A stretch of DNA of 64,000 bases. It comes from an uncultured delta proteobacterium. GTDB taxonomy: Bacteria > Desulfobacterota > Desulfobacteria > Desulfobacterales > UBA2156. The position numbers and the translations under genes were made by a program. Positions 41,229 through 51,080 of the stretch are shown one piece after another; positions within the stretch are counted from its first letter, which is position 1, and each line of letters starts with the position of its first letter. Location: contig CAVTQK010000021.1 of NCBI GenBank assembly GCA_963736855.1, forward strand, positions 448,001 to 512,000, read 5' to 3'. The notes beneath the pieces are model-generated. The model was not told where the DNA came from and searched no databases. It saw only the letters and a list, made by a program, of their open reading frames with translations.

Positions 41229-42062
41229 ATGAAGAGTAACAAAGGTTTCTGGACGGTTACCGGGATCTTTTTGTTGATCGCCATGATAGGAACCCCTGTC
41301 GCCGCCGGCGATCTCCAGCAGAAGCTGGCCGAAGAAAGCACCGTGGAGCAGATCCTGAAGCGAGGCGTCATGAGGGTGGGAATGTCCACCTTCGTTCCAT
41401 GGGCCATGAAGGACAAAACCGGGAAACTTATCGGTTTTGAAATCGATGTCGCCACGCGGCTGGCCCAGGACATGGGCGTCAAAGTAGACTTCATCCCCAC
41501 CAAATGGGCGGGAATCATCCCGGCGCTGGTTACCGGGAAATTCGATGTGATCATCGGCGGCATGGGAGTTTTGCCCCAGCGGAACCTCAAAATTAATTTC
41601 AGCATTCCTTACGACTATACGGGGATGTCGATGGTGGCCCACAAGGAGCTTGCCAAAGGGTTTTCTGGAGTCGAAGCGTTCAACCGCCCCGAAGTGACTT
41701 TGGCCGTAAGACTGGGCTCCACTGCCGTCACCGCCGCACAAAAGCATATACCACGCGCCGGACTCCGGATGTTCGATGACGAGGCGCAAGCCTACCAGGA
41801 GCTGATCAACGGGAGGGTCCACGCCGTGGTGGGATCGGCTCCTACCCCGGCTTCTTTCGCCTTGAAATATCCGGACAAGCTCTTTTTGCCCCTCACTGAA
41901 ACTTTCACTAAGGAGCCTATCGGTTTTGCCGTGAGGAAAGGGGATTTCGATACGTTGAATTTCTTTAACAACTGGATCACATTCGTGGGCGCCGAAGGGT
42001 GGCTGAAAGAACGGAAGCACTTCTGGTTCGAAACCAGAGAATGGGAATCCCTCGTCCAATAG
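41229..42062 (+). CDS. polar amino-acid ABC transporter substrate-binding protein
   Basis: Signal peptide, GFEIDVA, WAGIIPAL..GKFDVIIGGM, FSIPY. RBS AAGGAGG. Confidence 0.92.
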   Translation: MKSNKGFWTVTGIFLLIAMIGTPVAAGDLQQKLAEESTVEQILKRGVMRVGMSTFVPWAMKDKTGKLIGFEIDVATRLAQDMGVKVDFIPTKWAGIIPALVTGKFDVIIGGMGVLPQRNLKINFSIPYDYTGMSMVAHKELAKGFSGVEAFNRPEVTLAVRLGSTAVTAAQKHIPRAGLRMFDDEAQAYQELINGRVHAVVGSAPTPASFALKYPDKLFLPLTETFTKEPIGFAVRKGDFDTLNFFNNWITFVGAEGWLKERKHFWFETREWESLVQ

Positions 42063-42107
42063 AATTGATCCTTTCCTTCCAAGCATCTGACAGACCGGGA
42101 TCGCTGC

Positions 42108-43010
42108 ATGCATTTTAAACCGAAGATAACGAGAATGGATATCATCATCGGAATGCTGATGGCATCCGTCGCATTTTACCTTGCGTTTCGGATCCATTTC
42201 CGAATCCATTACCATTGGAACTGGGAAGCGATTCCCCAATATCTGTTTCGATACGATGCGACGGCTCGACGCTGGATACCCAACATCCTCATCCAGGGGC
42301 TCTTCACTACCCTGAAGTTGAGCCTTTGGGCCACCCTTTTTGCGACCCTGATCGGCGTGATTATGGGCCTCTTTCGGGTGAGCGGTAGCTTTTTCAAGAG
42401 AATGGCGGGGGCAACCTATGTGCAGTCGATTCGAAACCTTCCCCCGCTGGTTCTGATTTTTATCTTCTATTATTTTGCTTCCGACCAGATCCTTCCGGCT
42501 CTAGGTATCCCTGACCTCATTAACGATACCGAAGGTAATTCTTTGCGAATCTTTTCTTTTTTTTTCGCGCCGCCCTCCCTGCTTGCCCCTTTCCTTTCCG
42601 GGATGATCGCCCTGGCGGTTTTCGAAGGATCTTACATCACGGAAATCGTCCGGGCCGGCATCCAATCCATCGACCGTGGACAGTGGGAGGCTTCATGCGC
42701 GCTGGGCCTCAACCGCCGGCAACAACTGCGACATGTAGTTTTACCCCAGGCCGTCTCACGCATCCTACCCCCCCTGGCCGGACAGTTTATTTCCACCATC
42801 AAGGACTCGGCCATCGTGTCGGTGGTCTCTATTCAGGAACTCACATTCCAGGGTCTGGAACTGATGGCGGCAACCTACATGACCTTCGAGATCTGGATCA
42901 CGATCACGGGGATGTACCTGATGATGACGCTATCCTGCAGCCTGGCCTTGTCCAAGATCGAAAAGCGAATCTCCATCAATACAGTCCAGCACGAATCGTG
43001 CAAGAATTAG
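42108..43010 (+). CDS. polar amino-acid ABC transporter permease
   Basis: RNLPPLV, EIVRAGIQSI..GQWEAS.ALG, IKDSAI. Confidence 0.92.
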   Translation: MHFKPKITRMDIIIGMLMASVAFYLAFRIHFRIHYHWNWEAIPQYLFRYDATARRWIPNILIQGLFTTLKLSLWATLFATLIGVIMGLFRVSGSFFKRMAGATYVQSIRNLPPLVLIFIFYYFASDQILPALGIPDLINDTEGNSLRIFSFFFAPPSLLAPFLSGMIALAVFEGSYITEIVRAGIQSIDRGQWEASCALGLNRRQQLRHVVLPQAVSRILPPLAGQFISTIKDSAIVSVVSIQELTFQGLELMAATYMTFEIWITITGMYLMMTLSCSLALSKIEKRISINTVQHESCKN

Positions 43011-43014
43011 GACT

Positions 43015-43167
43015 CATGGCATCGTAAAAACTCAATATTGGGATGGCAAAGTAAAAAGCTTCAGATGCAAGGCGAGCAAATCCTGAGGAATGAGGCGTAC
43101 TTATGGGTACGCCGCAATGACGAAGGATGCAGCGCAACGCAGTAGATGGACTTTTTACGAAGCCATC
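43015..43167. mobile_element. 153 bp MITE-like repeat, copy 2
   Basis: Reverse orientation to copy 1; about 9 differences from copy 3; flanks aggact / aagact; 4 bp after the permease stop. Confidence 0.85.
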
Positions 43168-43216
43168 AAGACTCATGGACACAGCGCATCGATGAGAAGA
43201 GTGCCCGATGATTCAT

Positions 43217-44557
43217 TTACCGTATCAAGGAACCGAAAGCGATTCGATTCATGTGGGAAATGAGAACCTCCTCCAGGGTCGGTGAACCGTGATCTTTGTA
43301 TTCGTAACGGATTCGCAAAGACTCTTTATTCAAGGTTAGGATCCTGGAAAGATGAATGGGGGTAGCGAACAGGACAAGGTCGCACGGCGTGCGGTTGATG
43401 GTTTCCTGCAGGTCTTCGATCTGACGGCTGCCGTATCCCATGGCCGGAAGAACAGGGCCCATGTGCGGGTATTGATGAAAGGCTTTTTCAATGCTTCCGA
43501 CCGCATAGGGACGCGGGTCCACAACGGACGCCGCGTGGTAAAAAGTTGCGGCAAGGTAACCTGCTCCGTGCGCCATGCCGCCGTGAGTCAGTGTGGGGCC
43601 GTCCTCAACCACCAGAACCCTCTTTCCCGTGATCCTTTCGGGTTGATTTATGAGCAAGGGGGATTCCGCCATGATGATCCGCGCCCGGGGTGCGTGTTTC
43701 TCGATATTGGTTTTTACCTGCAAAACCCGGGAAAATTCGGCGGTATCCACTTTGTTGATGATCGCCACATCTGCCATAAGCAGATTGGTCTCACCGGGAT
43801 AATAGGTCAGTTCATGTCCGGCCCGATGGGGATCCAGCAAAACGATGTGAATATCGGGCCTGAAAAACGGTGTATCGTTGTTTCCGCCGTCCCAGATGAC
43901 GATATCGGCTTCTTCTTCGGCGGCTTTCAGAATGGCTTTGTAATCCACACCGGCATACACCACGATCCCCATGTCCACCAGCGGTTCATATTCTTCACGT
44001 TCTTCCAGGGTGCACCGGTGGGTTTTAAAATCCTGGTAATCGGAAAAACGCTGCACCACCTGTTGCAGAAGGTCTCCGTATGGCATGGGATGTCGGACCA
44101 CCACCACCCGATTCCCGCGTTTCCGTAAGATTTCAGCCACTTTTCGGGTAGTCTGAGATTTTCCGCATCCGGTACGAACGGCGCACACCGCAATAACGGG
44201 CTTTTTAGATGTCAACATGGTGTACGTGGCGCCGATGAGAATGAAATCGGCGCCTGCGGCCATCACGGCGGAAGCCTTATGCATCACCGTTTCGTGGGAG
44301 ACATCGCTGTAAGAAAAGGCGACCAGATCGATCTGGTGCTCGCTGATCAATGCCGTCAGTTGTTCTTCCGGGTAAATCGGGATCCCTTCGGGATATCCGG
44401 GTCCCGCCAACCGTGGCGGATAGAAGCGATTGTCTACATTGGGTATCTGTGCGGCAGTAAAAGCGATAACCCGGTACCGGGGATTTTCTCTAAAGTAGAT
44501 GTTGAAGTTGTGGAAATCCCTTCCAGCGGCTCCCATGATGATCACTTTTTCCACCAT
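43217..44557 (-). CDS. COG2403 P-loop protein (annotated cyclic 2,3-diphosphoglycerate synthetase/GTPase; ArcE arginine-synthetase-like)
   Basis: GAAGRDFHNFN, AVRTGCGKSQT, RHPMPYG, EEREEYE, WDGGNND, EDGPTLTHG, LPAMGY. Start after AAGGAG. Confidence 0.8.
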   Translation of the reverse strand: MVEKVIIMGAAGRDFHNFNIYFRENPRYRVIAFTAAQIPNVDNRFYPPRLAGPGYPEGIPIYPEEQLTALISEHQIDLVAFSYSDVSHETVMHKASAVMAAGADFILIGATYTMLTSKKPVIAVCAVRTGCGKSQTTRKVAEILRKRGNRVVVVRHPMPYGDLLQQVVQRFSDYQDFKTHRCTLEEREEYEPLVDMGIVVYAGVDYKAILKAAEEEADIVIWDGGNNDTPFFRPDIHIVLLDPHRAGHELTYYPGETNLLMADVAIINKVDTAEFSRVLQVKTNIEKHAPRARIIMAESPLLINQPERITGKRVLVVEDGPTLTHGGMAHGAGYLAATFYHAASVVDPRPYAVGSIEKAFHQYPHMGPVLPAMGYGSRQIEDLQETINRTPCDLVLFATPIHLSRILTLNKESLRIRYEYKDHGSPTLEEVLISHMNRIAFGSLIR

Positions 44558-44663
44558 GCATGTTCTCCTTTCCAATGTTTACCGTGCTAAAGGCTTGCTT
44601 CCATACCACACCTGGAGTATCTATCATATTGAGCCGGACAGATCAAAAAAATCGGACGAGGCG

Positions 44664-45308
44664 ATGACGCTTTGGGTCAATGAAATATTTTTCAGCATTC
44701 AAGGAGAATCCACTTACACCGGCCTTCCCTGTGCCTTTGTCAGGCTTTCCGGATGCAACTTGAGGTGTACATACTGCGATACGACATATGCCTATGATCG
44801 AGGAAAGCATATGACCATTCCGGAAATCCTGACAGAAGTGAAAAAACGGGATCCTCTATGGGTGGAAGTCACAGGAGGAGAACCATTGCTTCAGGACCTC
44901 ACGCCGGAATTGATCCGATCCCTCATCGGGGAAGGGTACCGTGTCCTTTTGGAAACCAACGGGAGCTTCGATATCGGCCGTATCGATCCGGAATGCATCC
45001 GTATCGTCGATCTCAAATGTCCTTCAAGCGGCGAGAGTAACCGGATCTTTTGGCAAAACATTGATCGTCTGACCCAGAAGGACCAGATCAAGTTCGTAAT
45101 CCAGGATCGGGAGGACTATGCTTTTGCAAAAGCAACGCTGGAAAAAATCGGAAGCAGAATCCCTTACGATCACCGGCTTTTTTCTCCGGTTCAATCCGTG
45201 CTCCCGGCTCGAGATTTGGCCGAGTGGATCCTTCAAGACGGAATCCGGGTCCGATTGCACCTGCAGCTCCATAAAATCCTTTGGCCCGAAAATCCCCGCG
45301 GCCGCTGA
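44664..45308 (+). CDS. queE: 7-carboxy-7-deazaguanine synthase (radical SAM)
   Basis: EIFFSIQGE, CNLRCTYCDT, TGGEP, ETNG, LQLHK; adjacent to queC. Confidence 0.92.
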   Translation: MTLWVNEIFFSIQGESTYTGLPCAFVRLSGCNLRCTYCDTTYAYDRGKHMTIPEILTEVKKRDPLWVEVTGGEPLLQDLTPELIRSLIGEGYRVLLETNGSFDIGRIDPECIRIVDLKCPSSGESNRIFWQNIDRLTQKDQIKFVIQDREDYAFAKATLEKIGSRIPYDHRLFSPVQSVLPARDLAEWILQDGIRVRLHLQLHKILWPENPRGR

Positions 45309-45381
45309 GTCAATAAACCTAAAATTATCATTTAATCTATAGGTTATAACTAGTTATCTCTAGAAATGTTGAGGATACGCC

Positions 45382-46071
45382 ATGAAGCCGAAAGCCGTGG
45401 TCCTGCTGAGCGGAGGGCTCGATTCCGCCGTTACCCTGGCAATTGCCCAAGCAGAAGGATTTTCCGCATATGCCTTAAGTTTTTCGTATGGACAGCGCCA
45501 TGTCATGGAGCTTGAGGCCGCCGGTCGGATAGCAGAATCCTTGGACGTGGAAAAGCACCTGGTGCTTGCGATCGAGCTGGGGAAGATCGGCGGAAGCGCT
45601 TTAACGGATCGTATCGAAGTACCCAAAGATCGGTTTACGAATCAGTCCCCTAAGGAAATTCCGGCGACCTACGTACCGGCAAGAAATACCATTTTTTTAT
45701 CGTTTGCTCTGGGATGGGCGGAGGTTCTAAAAGCCGAAACGATTTTCATCGGAGCCAATGCCGTAGATTTCAGCGGTTATCCCGACTGCCGACCTGAATA
45801 CTTCCAAGCATTCGAAACGATGGCAAACCTGGCAACCAGGGCAGCAGTGGAAAAAAATATTCGAATCCACATCAAAACCCCCCTGATCCGGATGTCAAAA
45901 GCCCAAATCATCCAAAAGGGTATGGTTCTCGGGGTCGATTTTTCTTTGACACATAGTTGCTACGATCCCTCGAGAGAAGGCATTTCATGCGGGAGGTGCG
46001 ACAGCTGCATATTAAGACGCAAAGGATTCCGGGAGGCCGGACTTATCGACCCGATTCCCTATGCCGGTTAA
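45382..46071 (+). CDS. queC: 7-cyano-7-deazaguanine synthase
   Basis: LSGGLDS, YGQRH, YVPARN, GYPDCR, SCY..CGRCDSC. Confidence 0.96.
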   Translation: MKPKAVVLLSGGLDSAVTLAIAQAEGFSAYALSFSYGQRHVMELEAAGRIAESLDVEKHLVLAIELGKIGGSALTDRIEVPKDRFTNQSPKEIPATYVPARNTIFLSFALGWAEVLKAETIFIGANAVDFSGYPDCRPEYFQAFETMANLATRAAVEKNIRIHIKTPLIRMSKAQIIQKGMVLGVDFSLTHSCYDPSREGISCGRCDSCILRRKGFREAGLIDPIPYAG

Positions 46072-46101
46072 TAAAATGGACGGTTGATGACGCCGGATTT
46101 T

Positions 46102-46353
46102 CTATTTTTGAACAATGGCGCCGATGATTAGAAAAATAACCCCGAGGCCCACAAAAAGGAGGTAAAGCGGTGTCGTAGTCAAAAAGGAAAAGTACGCGCT
46201 GCTTTCCAGGAAACCGGTATTCATGAAATCGGAGAGGTAAAAGCTTGCCTCGGCTCCTTCCTTTTCCATCAGCTTTCCTAGGGCTTGATATCCCCAGACC
46301 AGAAATGCAGCCACCAGGCTGATCAGGCCGATGATGATGGGTTTATTTGCCAT
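46102..46353 (-). CDS. small two-TM membrane protein, unknown function
   Basis: 83 aa with hydrophobic N- and C-terminal helices; RBS AAAGGA upstream. Confidence 0.7.
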   Translation of the reverse strand: MANKPIIIGLISLVAAFLVWGYQALGKLMEKEGAEASFYLSDFMNTGFLESSAYFSFLTTTPLYLLFVGLGVIFLIIGAIVQK

Positions 46354-46440
46354 CTGATTCCTTTCTCTAAAAAAATGGCCTATGCCCCAGTCGTAAATCT
46401 AAGCCGCAATGCTTTCCCCGTATTTTCCTCGACAGTGATC

Positions 46441-46938
46441 CTAAACGATACGCAAAGAGGTCAGCGGTACCATCCCCTGTTTCTTTTCCTTTAAAGTTGA
46501 ATTCTTCAGACCTTCGATCAGCGAAGCGAGAACGGCCTGCTGCTTTTCGTCATCGAATTTGAATCTTAAACCGACACCTTCCGATGTGATTCTGACGACT
46601 TCGGATAGAATCTTGAACGGGTAGACTTCGTGGGGAAAATTGATCCGCAAGAATAGCTCTTCCCCCACCTGAAAAGGCCTCCTGGAAATCATGAAAACAC
46701 CGCTGACACTGATGTCCTGAAGATAATCGGTGAAGGCCCGGCTGACATCTGCATAATCCACGGCAAGGGTATATCGTTTTCTTTCATTACTCCGCCCCTG
46801 ATCCTTTTCCCGGCGCGATGGATCCTTCTCGATCTCTTTGAGAAGTCCCAAGCGCTCTTCAGGCGTCATCTGCTGAATGAGTCTCATAAGGCGGCCTAAA
46901 ACGATATACTGATTTTTTTGAGCATTACCGTATTTCAA
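46441..46938 (-). CDS. PilZ-domain protein (c-di-GMP receptor candidate)
   Basis: RSNER (RxxxR) and DISVSG (DxSxxG) motifs, EVVR..GVGLRF. Start uncertain (TTG at 46938). Confidence 0.8.
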   Translation of the reverse strand: MKYGNAQKNQYIVLGRLMRLIQQMTPEERLGLLKEIEKDPSRREKDQGRSNERKRYTLAVDYADVSRAFTDYLQDISVSGVFMISRRPFQVGEELFLRINFPHEVYPFKILSEVVRITSEGVGLRFKFDDEKQQAVLASLIEGLKNSTLKEKKQGMVPLTSLRIV

Positions 46939-47403
46939 GATCCACCCCCTATGAAAAAGCCCGATAAAAAACCCCTCTTTTTTCATATTTCAACAGATTG
47001 GAAAAGTCAATGACCATTTTTTGATCGTTCTGACAATCGATTATAAACCGATTAACAAGGTGAAATATCGGGATTTCGAGGTTCAAGCGTCAAACTTTGC
47101 TTTGAATCGAGTATCTGTTTGGTTCGCGAGGACAACGCCAAACCTCCTGACCGATTTGTTGAAAAAGGGATCTCCTCCTATCAGACTATGTAAACGGTGT
47201 AAAGCCTTGGAATTTTCTTTTTTTGTGTTTATATTATTGAGATTAAATTAATGGGGTATTCATGGGCGATATCGATAAGGCTTATCCGTTTCGATGTTAA
47301 CTGAGTTTCGGGCCGCTTTTGAATTACCTGAAAATCAACTGCCAAACTTTACACGGAACATGGGTTTTCCGAAAACAAGAGTTACCCGTTAAGGTAACAG
47401 TGG

Positions 47404-50400
47404 ATGCAAACTGATCAAAATTCCGAAAGGATAAAACCCCCCCGAAAGATCCCTCGTTGGATCCTTTGGATCGTATCGGGCCTTTTGATCGGTATCGTCC
47501 TTATCGGCGCGGTCATTTTCTTTATCATCCCCTATGTGGCATCCACTTCCCATTTTCGGGAATTGATCGAATCCCGCGCGTCCAGGATGCTGCATCGAAG
47601 CGTTTCTATTGAGTCGATCGACTTCGGATGGAAAAAAGGCCTTCGGGTGGAGTCGATTCAGATCTCAGACGATCCTAAGCTTCACGAGACACCGATGGGG
47701 TCTATCGGCCTTTTAAAGGTCATCGTCGATTTCCCGAAACTGGTTAAAAGCGGCCGGTTGGCATGCGATATCTTCCTTGATGCCGTAGCGGTTCATATCA
47801 TTCGGGGAAAAGATGGAAAAACCAACCTGCAGCAGTTTTTAGCCGGCTTGTCTGCTCCGAAAGAAAGCCGACCGGCCGCTGCGGATGAAAAAAAAGGGTC
47901 CTATGCCATTCCTGTGACCGACTTTGACGCGCTATTAATTATCCGTCATATGAATATCCTTTATGAAGATCGGATTCAAAACCAAACAGCCGGTCTATAC
48001 GACGCGTCCTTGGACATCCATGTTCCATCGCTTATTGCCCAACCTCTTTCCATGAAAGTATCCGCCGAAGTCCGATCCCAGGGAAAGCCTCTCTCCCCTT
48101 TGAATGCCTTTCTGAAAATCCAGGACCTTTTCGATGAATCCGCAAATATTCAGCCCGACCGGATGTCCATCGACATGGAACTTTCAGCCCCGGGGGTTCA
48201 GATGACCCTAAAAGGTAACTTATCTCAAAAAAATTTGGCCGGTACAGGATATGCGGATCTTGAAAAGGTTCAGCCCGTTCTTTTTTCCGTGTTGCCGGAA
48301 CAATTGCTTCCGACGGTGAAAACCGGCCGATTCGAGTTCACCGCGACAGCGACCCAGCTCGATGATTCCCGCGCCGCCTTTGACACGCGCATCCGGCTCA
48401 AAGGGATCGAAATCCAGGCATTCTCCGATAAAGAATCGCCGGCGGGTCCCCTTTCACTGGACCTGAGTCAAAAAGGCACCATCAACATTCCAAAGGGGGA
48501 CCTGATCATCGAAACAGGAGGACTTTCCTTGAATTCCAGCCGGATGGAATGGCATGGAGAAGTGAACGGTCTTTCAACCTCCAGTCCCGACATGCGATTC
48601 AACATGGGTCCGTCGAAATTTAATCTTTACGAATTGTTGACTGCGGCCGAATCTTTTTTGCAAACCTCTTTTCCTTTCAAGCTCCTGGACCCATCTTCAC
48701 CATTGCTTGAAATCCATGGAATGGAAATTTCAGGGCATCCCCTTCAGGGTCGGCTTTTTATCGATATCCGCGGGATATCCGGTTCGATTAGGCGGTTTCG
48801 GGTTCCGTTTCAGGAAGACACGGCCTTTGCCGATGTCGGCAAGTTGGCGATATCTCTTCCTCAGTTAAGAGGAAGCCTCGCAGACTTTGTCCCGGCTGAA
48901 ATCCTTGCTAATGGATCGCTGACCGTCGCGGATCTCAACCTACATGGACATAGCGGTTTGAAAATCGATTCTTTGACAATCCCCGCATTCCGACTGGAAA
49001 CCCGAGGGCTTCGAGTCGACAAGCGTGCCCCTTTTGGATTTACCCTCCCCTTCTCCTTTACCACCTCCCTTGAGGCGAATGGAATTCAGGGTCCGGATCT
49101 CGAACACGCTCACCTGAATTTGTTATCCTTCCAGATTCAAGGAAACCTCGGATCCAATCCTTTTGCAGAGGCTGCTCTGAAAGGGTTTCGACTGCATGTG
49201 CCTGACTTCAAATGGCGGCATGAAGCACTCGGAACGCTTCGTGGCAATGTCTTAATGGAGGCAGAGGCGCCTCATATCCGTATCCAAGGACTGAATCCCC
49301 TTAAAGGCGATGTCGAGCGGTTTCATTTGAGGCTTCTCGTCGATAAAGGAATTGAGGCAACGCTTAATGCCGATGTTCTCGATATGGGGCGCCAATATTT
49401 TAAAACCGATACAAAGGTTGCGATGGATCTGGGATTTCTGGATTCGATATTGCCGGCTTTTTTTGATGACCGGCATCGGTTTTCTGGCAAGGCCCAGGTA
49501 ACCTGCAACCTGTCCGGCCATATTCCGCCGTCTTTCACGTTGTCGTCACTGTCGTCATCGCCGATGGAATGGATTCTCGAACCCAAATCGTCCGTCATCG
49601 AATCAGCAGGGCTTTCCTTGAATTTTTCCCGTGTGGGCGGATCCTGGCCGATTAACGCAGGGACTGTGTTGGAGGTCAAAAGCATAACGACCCCAACACC
49701 TGTGGCATATGCGTTCGATGGGAAAAACGCTTCCGGAACCCTCAAAGGGGATATTCAAATCGAAGGAATCCGGTCCTCCGTGCTCCCCGTTCCGGACGCG
49801 TCACAGAAGCCTTCTCCAGTCTCCATTTACCTGGCCGTCACCGGGGACCACAACCGGCTCAGTTCGACTTCACTTTCAGCCTCGCTGGATATCCAACCCC
49901 TGGGCATCAAAGGGGAAACCTCCTTTTCCGTCGAGGGAATCGACGCTCTTCTCAAGTCATCCAAAGTCGGAAATCCCTCGGGGTGGTCCCAATTCTTAAG
50001 CGGCAAAGCCAGGATCACGGCGGATTTGCCCGAAACCGGAAAAATTTTTCTGGATCCAAAAACAATACTTCAGGGAGGATTTAAAGCAGGAGCTGAAATC
50101 GAATCAAACGCAGATCAAGGGATGCGCGTGAAGATGTGGGCAGACACAAAGAATTTTGATATCGAAAAAGAGAAAACTCTTTCCATCAAAAACCTCAACA
50201 CAGCCTTGTCTTTTGAAAAACGGTATCGGCCCATGCATCAGATGCATCCGGAAAAGGCGATGACGGATCGCCTCTCCGATTTGGTGATCCAGGATCGCAC
50301 TTTCCGGCAAACGGATTCGTTTGAACCCGATATGTTCGGCACGCCGGCTGGTGGATTACAGTCCCGGCTGAACCCAAAACCGTCAATCGATCTCGGGCCT

Positions 50401-51078
50401 GCGCGATTGTTCCTTTCACCCCACGTAGTCCCGATTCGCCACGCCGCATTGGACCTCAATTTCAACGACGGCCTCCCTCAGATTCGACGCTTGGAAGCCC
50501 ATCTTCTTGAAGGGGCGATCATGGGCTCGGCAATGGTATCCCGAGAAGACGATGATTTGAATTTCGGGGCACGCCTGCTTTTTTCCGACATCGACTTAAA
50601 AAAAATGCTCGAAAGAGAAAAACAAACCCCCGGGGAGGAGGACTCAACCATCGGGGGGCAACTGGAAATCGCGTTTCCTCTGGTATCTTCCCTGCGTCAA
50701 CTGATTGAAAATCTCCAGCTCAGTCTCCAGTTCAACCATATCGGTTCCCGCGCATTCGGACGAGTGCTCTATCTTTTGGATCCCTATGAAAGCAATGAGA
50801 CCATTGCCTCCCAGCGGAAACTCCTGCACAGCGGAGTGCCCCGCTGGATCGATGTCAACGTATCAAACGGGATCCTCTCCCTGGATGGGGAAGTCATCGT
50901 CAAAGGCGTTCCCATCAAGATCCCGCATCTGGAGCGATTGAACCTTGCCGCTGTTTCCGGTTTGGAGACCTATGAACCGTATCTTTCATCCTTGAATACA
51001 TGGGTTCCTATTCTTAAAATCGTATCGGATTCATCCTCGCCGTTCGGCTGGATGAAAAAAATTAAAACAAAGAGGTGA
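47404..51078 (+). CDS. AsmA-like / YdbH-like inner-membrane-anchored periplasmic beta-rich bridge protein (1224 aa)
   Basis: Single N-terminal TM; AsmA-type start (IESRASRMLHRSVSIESIDF..GLRVESIQI; IIRGKDGKTNL); long amphipathic beta-strand character; followed by a DUF1318-like gene. Confidence 0.7.
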   Translation: MQTDQNSERIKPPRKIPRWILWIVSGLLIGIVLIGAVIFFIIPYVASTSHFRELIESRASRMLHRSVSIESIDFGWKKGLRVESIQISDDPKLHETPMGSIGLLKVIVDFPKLVKSGRLACDIFLDAVAVHIIRGKDGKTNLQQFLAGLSAPKESRPAAADEKKGSYAIPVTDFDALLIIRHMNILYEDRIQNQTAGLYDASLDIHVPSLIAQPLSMKVSAEVRSQGKPLSPLNAFLKIQDLFDESANIQPDRMSIDMELSAPGVQMTLKGNLSQKNLAGTGYADLEKVQPVLFSVLPEQLLPTVKTGRFEFTATATQLDDSRAAFDTRIRLKGIEIQAFSDKESPAGPLSLDLSQKGTINIPKGDLIIETGGLSLNSSRMEWHGEVNGLSTSSPDMRFNMGPSKFNLYELLTAAESFLQTSFPFKLLDPSSPLLEIHGMEISGHPLQGRLFIDIRGISGSIRRFRVPFQEDTAFADVGKLAISLPQLRGSLADFVPAEILANGSLTVADLNLHGHSGLKIDSLTIPAFRLETRGLRVDKRAPFGFTLPFSFTTSLEANGIQGPDLEHAHLNLLSFQIQGNLGSNPFAEAALKGFRLHVPDFKWRHEALGTLRGNVLMEAEAPHIRIQGLNPLKGDVERFHLRLLVDKGIEATLNADVLDMGRQYFKTDTKVAMDLGFLDSILPAFFDDRHRFSGKAQVTCNLSGHIPPSFTLSSLSSSPMEWILEPKSSVIESAGLSLNFSRVGGSWPINAGTVLEVKSITTPTPVAYAFDGKNASGTLKGDIQIEGIRSSVLPVPDASQKPSPVSIYLAVTGDHNRLSSTSLSASLDIQPLGIKGETSFSVEGIDALLKSSKVGNPSGWSQFLSGKARITADLPETGKIFLDPKTILQGGFKAGAEIESNADQGMRVKMWADTKNFDIEKEKTLSIKNLNTALSFEKRYRPMHQMHPEKAMTDRLSDLVIQDRTFRQTDSFEPDMFGTPAGGLQSRLNPKPSIDLGPARLFLSPHVVPIRHAALDLNFNDGLPQIRRLEAHLLEGAIMGSAMVSREDDDLNFGARLLFSDIDLKKMLEREKQTPGEEDSTIGGQLEIAFPLVSSLRQLIENLQLSLQFNHIGSRAFGRVLYLLDPYESNETIASQRKLLHSGVPRWIDVNVSNGILSLDGEVIVKGVPIKIPHLERLNLAAVSGLETYEPYLSSLNTWVPILKIVSDSSSPFGWMKKIKTKR

Positions 51079-51080
51079 GC

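Noticed and set aside
41154..42239. Long antisense ORFs (e.g. 361 aa here, 304 aa at 60990-61904, 276 aa at 14558-15388)
   Set aside because: They lie opposite well-supported genes and have no recognisable motifs.
44580..44663. Possible preQ1 riboswitch before queE (A-rich tract)
   Set aside because: No convincing P1 stem and loop consensus.
44664..46071. queE-queC (with folE2 elsewhere) as a 7-deazaguanine DNA-modification (dpd) system
   Set aside because: No dpdA/tgt-like or other dpd genes in the window; ordinary queuosine synthesis is the simpler reading.
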